From an uncultured Sphingobacteriaceae bacterium (GTDB lineage: Bacteria > Bacteroidota > Bacteroidia > Sphingobacteriales > Sphingobacteriaceae), in contig CAYVTM010000004.1 in NCBI GenBank assembly GCA_964454645.1, positions 130,165 to 194,164 on the forward strand: a stretch of 64,000 bases of DNA. The letters run 5' to 3'. Of the stretch, positions 61,011 to 64,000 are shown one piece after another. Position 1 is the stretch's first letter; every line of letters starts with the position of its first letter. The notes under the pieces were generated by a model, which did no database searches, was not told the origin of the DNA, and worked only from the letters and a program-made list of their open reading frames with translations. The position numbers were made by a program, and so were the translations under genes.

Positions 61011-61095
61011 ACGTATTCATAAATTTAAAATAATCTTGTAAAGCTCTGAAAAGAGCTATATCTTGAACCCCCAATAACACGCTCAATTTATAATA

Positions 61096-61530
61096 ATGAT
61101 AACAAATTCTGTATCGACAACACATACTGAGGCAGATACACTACCCTTACGAATACTTGTTGCGGAAGACAATCCGGTAAATCAACTTTTAATCAGGCAT
61201 AACTTAAAGAAACTGGGCTATGAACCGGATCTGGTTAAGAGTGGAATAGAGGTATTGCAAGCTTTGGAACAACAGAGCTATTCACTTATTCTGATGGATG
61301 TATATATGCCTGAAATGGATGGCCTGGAAACGACTTTAGAAATTGTGAGAAGATATGGTTCCGACCGGCCGCTTATTTTTGCAATTACAGCGAACATTAT
61401 CTCTACCGATATTGATAGGTATTTGACGGCAGGAATGAGTGATTATTTATCAAAACCTTTTAAGCCCGAAGACCTGCAAGAAAAAATTAACAAATGGAAA
61501 CAAGCACTGCAAAAGAAAATCAATAACTAA
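61096..61530 (+). CDS. stand-alone response-regulator receiver domain (orphan)
   Basis: ILVAEDNPVNQ...LILMDVYMPEMDG...ITAN...KP receiver motifs. No output domain and no adjacent kinase. Confidence 0.85.
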   Translation: MITNSVSTTHTEADTLPLRILVAEDNPVNQLLIRHNLKKLGYEPDLVKSGIEVLQALEQQSYSLILMDVYMPEMDGLETTLEIVRRYGSDRPLIFAITANIISTDIDRYLTAGMSDYLSKPFKPEDLQEKINKWKQALQKKINN

Positions 61531-61557
61531 CCATTAATAATTAATCATTAACCATTA

Positions 61558-62727
61558 TCACCGATCTACCTCCCCCAAAACAATATCAATAGAACCCAGG
61601 ATTGCAATAAGATCAGCAATCATAATTCCCTTCGATAGTTCGGGCAATACGGAAAGGTTTGAGAAGCTTGCTGCTCGGGCTTTGCAGCGGAAAGGGATTT
61701 CGCGCTTACCATCCGCAATAAAATAATACCCCAATTCTCCTTTTGTACTTTCTCCGCGGATATAAAAATCCTGTGCTTGGGGTGTAATTTTCCGAGGTTG
61801 CTTTGCACGGGGATCAAAGTCAGGACTTCTTTTCAATTCTTTTTGTAAACGTTCCAAACATTGCTCAACAATACGAACCGATTCATGGACTTCCCTGATG
61901 CGTACCCAGTAACGATCCCAGCAATCACCGGTAGTTCCCATCGCTCCTTGTCCCATGGGAATATCAAATTCTAATTCGGGATAAACCGAATATCCGTCAA
62001 CCCTCCGTAAATCCCATTTGATTCCCGAACCCCGTAACATAGGTCCCGAACAGCCATAATTGATAGCGACATCCAAAGGAAGTACGCCTATATTTTTAGT
62101 ACGGCTGATAAATATTTCATTATCGGTAAGTATTTGATCAAGCTCAATCAATTTGGGTTTGAAATAATCAATAAACTCTTTGCATCGTTCTTCAAAACCT
62201 ATGGGAAGGTCGAAAAATAATCCACCGACCCAAATATAATTGTAAAGCAAACGGGCTCCCGAAGCCCATTCTAATAAATTGACAATATGTTCGCGATCGC
62301 GGAAGCACCAGAAGAAAGGTGTCCATGCTCCCAGATCCATTCCATAGGTACCGATAGCAATCAAATGTGAAGCGATGCGATTTAATTCACAAACCAATAC
62401 ACGGATATATTCTACCCGTTTAGGAATATCTTTGTCGATACCCATCATACGTTCAACGCCCATCACAAAAACATGACTGTTATTCATCGAGCTGACGTAG
62501 TCCATGCGATCGGTGAATGGTATTATTTGTTGGTAAGAAAGATGCTCGGCATGCTTTTCGAAGCAACGATGTAAATAGCCTATATGTGGTACACAATCTT
62601 TGATAATTTCACCATCGGTTAATAATTCCAAACGTAAAACCCCATGCATCGAAGGATGCTGAGGGCCCATGTTTAAAATCATCTCTTCCGATTTTAGTTG
62701 AGAAATATCATGTTTAAATTTGCTCAT
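61558..62727 (-). CDS. nuoD: NADH-quinone oxidoreductase subunit D
   Basis: [17 protein letters not shown]..., GYLHRCFEK, and the end ...[14 protein letters not shown] are all typical of NuoD/Nqo4. Confidence 0.93.
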   Translation of the reverse strand: MSKFKHDISQLKSEEMILNMGPQHPSMHGVLRLELLTDGEIIKDCVPHIGYLHRCFEKHAEHLSYQQIIPFTDRMDYVSSMNNSHVFVMGVERMMGIDKDIPKRVEYIRVLVCELNRIASHLIAIGTYGMDLGAWTPFFWCFRDREHIVNLLEWASGARLLYNYIWVGGLFFDLPIGFEERCKEFIDYFKPKLIELDQILTDNEIFISRTKNIGVLPLDVAINYGCSGPMLRGSGIKWDLRRVDGYSVYPELEFDIPMGQGAMGTTGDCWDRYWVRIREVHESVRIVEQCLERLQKELKRSPDFDPRAKQPRKITPQAQDFYIRGESTKGELGYYFIADGKREIPFRCKARAASFSNLSVLPELSKGIMIADLIAILGSIDIVLGEVDR

Positions 62728-62728
62728 C

Positions 62729-63229
62729 CTAAAGGTCTATTTTTATTCCTTTGTATTGTTCTGCTGTTTGATAATCTTTTCGTAAGGGATAGCCTTCCCA
62801 ATCGTCGGGGCAAAGAATACGGCGCATATCGGGATGCTCTTCGAAGCGTATGCCGAACATATCAAACACTTCGCGTTCATGCCAGTCGGCGCTGCGCCAT
62901 ACCTGTGATACAGAGGGTACGATAGGTAAGGCTTCCGCATTCCGGTCTATATCGAAGTGTATCTTTAAAGTCTGCTGTGTTTTGTATGGGATAGATGCTA
63001 AATGATAAACAATTCCCATTTGATTGAGCTCGGTTCCATAATCTACTCCCGAAATGCAGGAGAGAAAATCGAAATAAAATTCGGGATGGTCACGAAGAAA
63101 AAAGCATACCTCGCGTATGCTTGCAGTATTGATCGTTAAAGAAGCTTGTAATCCGGAACGATCTTCTCCGAGGATACAACGCTCTCCAAATTTATTGATT
63201 AAGGATTCTTTTACCTGTGTTGTAAGCAT
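62729..63229 (-). CDS. nuoC: NADH-quinone oxidoreductase subunit C
   Basis: [24 protein letters not shown] motif. The stop is 1 nt before the nuoD start. ATG 63229 is preferred, since ATG 63265 would overlap the pdxH end by 28 nt. Confidence 0.85.
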   Translation of the reverse strand: MLTTQVKESLINKFGERCILGEDRSGLQASLTINTASIREVCFFLRDHPEFYFDFLSCISGVDYGTELNQMGIVYHLASIPYKTQQTLKIHFDIDRNAEALPIVPSVSQVWRSADWHEREVFDMFGIRFEEHPDMRRILCPDDWEGYPLRKDYQTAEQYKGIKIDL

Positions 63230-63237
63230 AGCTTTTC

Positions 63238-63888
63238 TTAAGGAGCTAAGCGCTCGGTTTTCCATTTACCTTTTTCCATCAGGGAATATTTGATGCGGTC
63301 GTGTAAACGTCCGGCTCTTCCTTGCCAAAATTCTATGTGTATCGGACTTAAAATAAATCCTCCCCAATGAGCAGGCTTCGGTATGTTTTTATCGGCATAT
63401 AATTCCATATTTTTTTGAAAGGTAATATCTAAGATATTGCGGTTGGGAATTACCTGGCTTTGAGGAGACGTAATAGCTCCGATACGACTTTCGAATGGAC
63501 GAGTATTAAAATATGCTTCCGATTCTTCTTTACTTAATTTCTGTATTTTCCCTTCGATGCGCACCTGACGTTGTAGTTCAGGCCAAAAGAACACTAAAGA
63601 CGCAAAAGGGTTTCTGGAAAGCTCTTTCCCTTTACGACTTAAGTAATTTGTATAAAAACTAAACCCTCTTTGGTCGCAACCTTTTAACAACACAATACGT
63701 GCCGAGGGGATACCCTCTTTGGTAGCTGTAGCAAGGGTCATGGCATTAGGCTCGAAAACTTCGGCTTTAATCGCTTCATCGAACCATTTGCTGAAATGGA
63801 TGATAGGGTCTTTCGAAAGATCAGCTTCCTTTAATTCGGCAGTTATGTATTCGGTTCTGAGATTCTCTATTTGCTCTTTTGATATCAT
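63238..63888 (-). CDS. pdxH: pyridoxamine 5'-phosphate oxidase
   Basis: EPNAMTLATA...G.PSARIVLLKG, QVRIEG, and IEFWQGRAGRLHDRIKY are typical of PdxH. Confidence 0.92.
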   Translation of the reverse strand: MISKEQIENLRTEYITAELKEADLSKDPIIHFSKWFDEAIKAEVFEPNAMTLATATKEGIPSARIVLLKGCDQRGFSFYTNYLSRKGKELSRNPFASLVFFWPELQRQVRIEGKIQKLSKEESEAYFNTRPFESRIGAITSPQSQVIPNRNILDITFQKNMELYADKNIPKPAHWGGFILSPIHIEFWQGRAGRLHDRIKYSLMEKGKWKTERLAP

Positions 63889-63912
63889 GCAGTAAATTTA
63901 CAATAAATTCTC

Positions 63913-63999
63913 CTATCTGCTTTTATCCTTATAGAGATTTCTCCAATATAATTTCTCATTTAATTTTTGTAAGATCAGTTCTGCCAGTACCATTGCACT
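63913..63999 (-). CDS. 3' end of an unidentified gene (rest outside window)
   Basis: The reverse strand reads ...SAMVLAELILQKLNEKLYWRNLYKDKSR* (stop at 63913-63915) and is open to the window edge. Too short to identify. Confidence 0.25.
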   Translation of the reverse strand, partial: SAMVLAELILQKLNEKLYWRNLYKDKSR

Positions 64000-64000
64000 A

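Overview
This 64-kb window looks like a chromosomal segment of a low-GC Bacteroidota genome. That assignment is inferred from a T9SS PorQ-like protein, a T9SS C-terminal sorting domain on a secreted M4 protease, DUF4199/DUF3822-type proteins, CarboxypepD_reg-type TonB-dependent receptors and TAnnTTTG-type -7 promoter boxes. I count about 56 protein-coding genes and 2 tRNAs (Gly-GCC, Leu-TAA), tightly packed and mostly core housekeeping. Nucleotide metabolism: purF fragment, dCMP deaminase, guaA, pyrB, pyrR, pyrE, cmk. Translation and RNA modification: rpsA, arfB, an RsmB-like methyltransferase, rsmD. Proteostasis: clpB, lon, pepT, an M4 protease. Energy: hppA and a nuoC-nuoD pair. Cofactors: coaD, pdxH. 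Also present are a TetR-controlled TolC/MFP/RND efflux operon, two-component proteins, two TonB-dependent receptors and two SF1 Pif1/RecD-like helicases. I found no rRNA, CRISPR array, transposase, integrase, prophage gene or recognisable defence or toxin cassette, and no convincing undescribed multi-gene system. The items most worth a second look are: (1) a five-copy inverted/direct AT-rich motif array or MITE-like unit in front of guaA; (2) an identically spaced sigma-54-like TGGCA-N6-TTGA element upstream of both clpB and lon; (3) a low-GC orphan membrane ORF inserted between rsmD and coaD; (4) an unknown lipoprotein plus small OM beta-barrel pair next to the tRNAs, whose lipoprotein gene is broken by -1 shifts, at least one in a homopolymer (an A7 tract sits right after its ATG), and a DUF4199 gene broken the same way; (5) a perfect 18-bp palindrome spanning the predicted tetR/efflux promoter; (6) a nuoC-nuoD pair detached from any nuo operon. 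All family calls come from reading motifs by eye. No searches were run.
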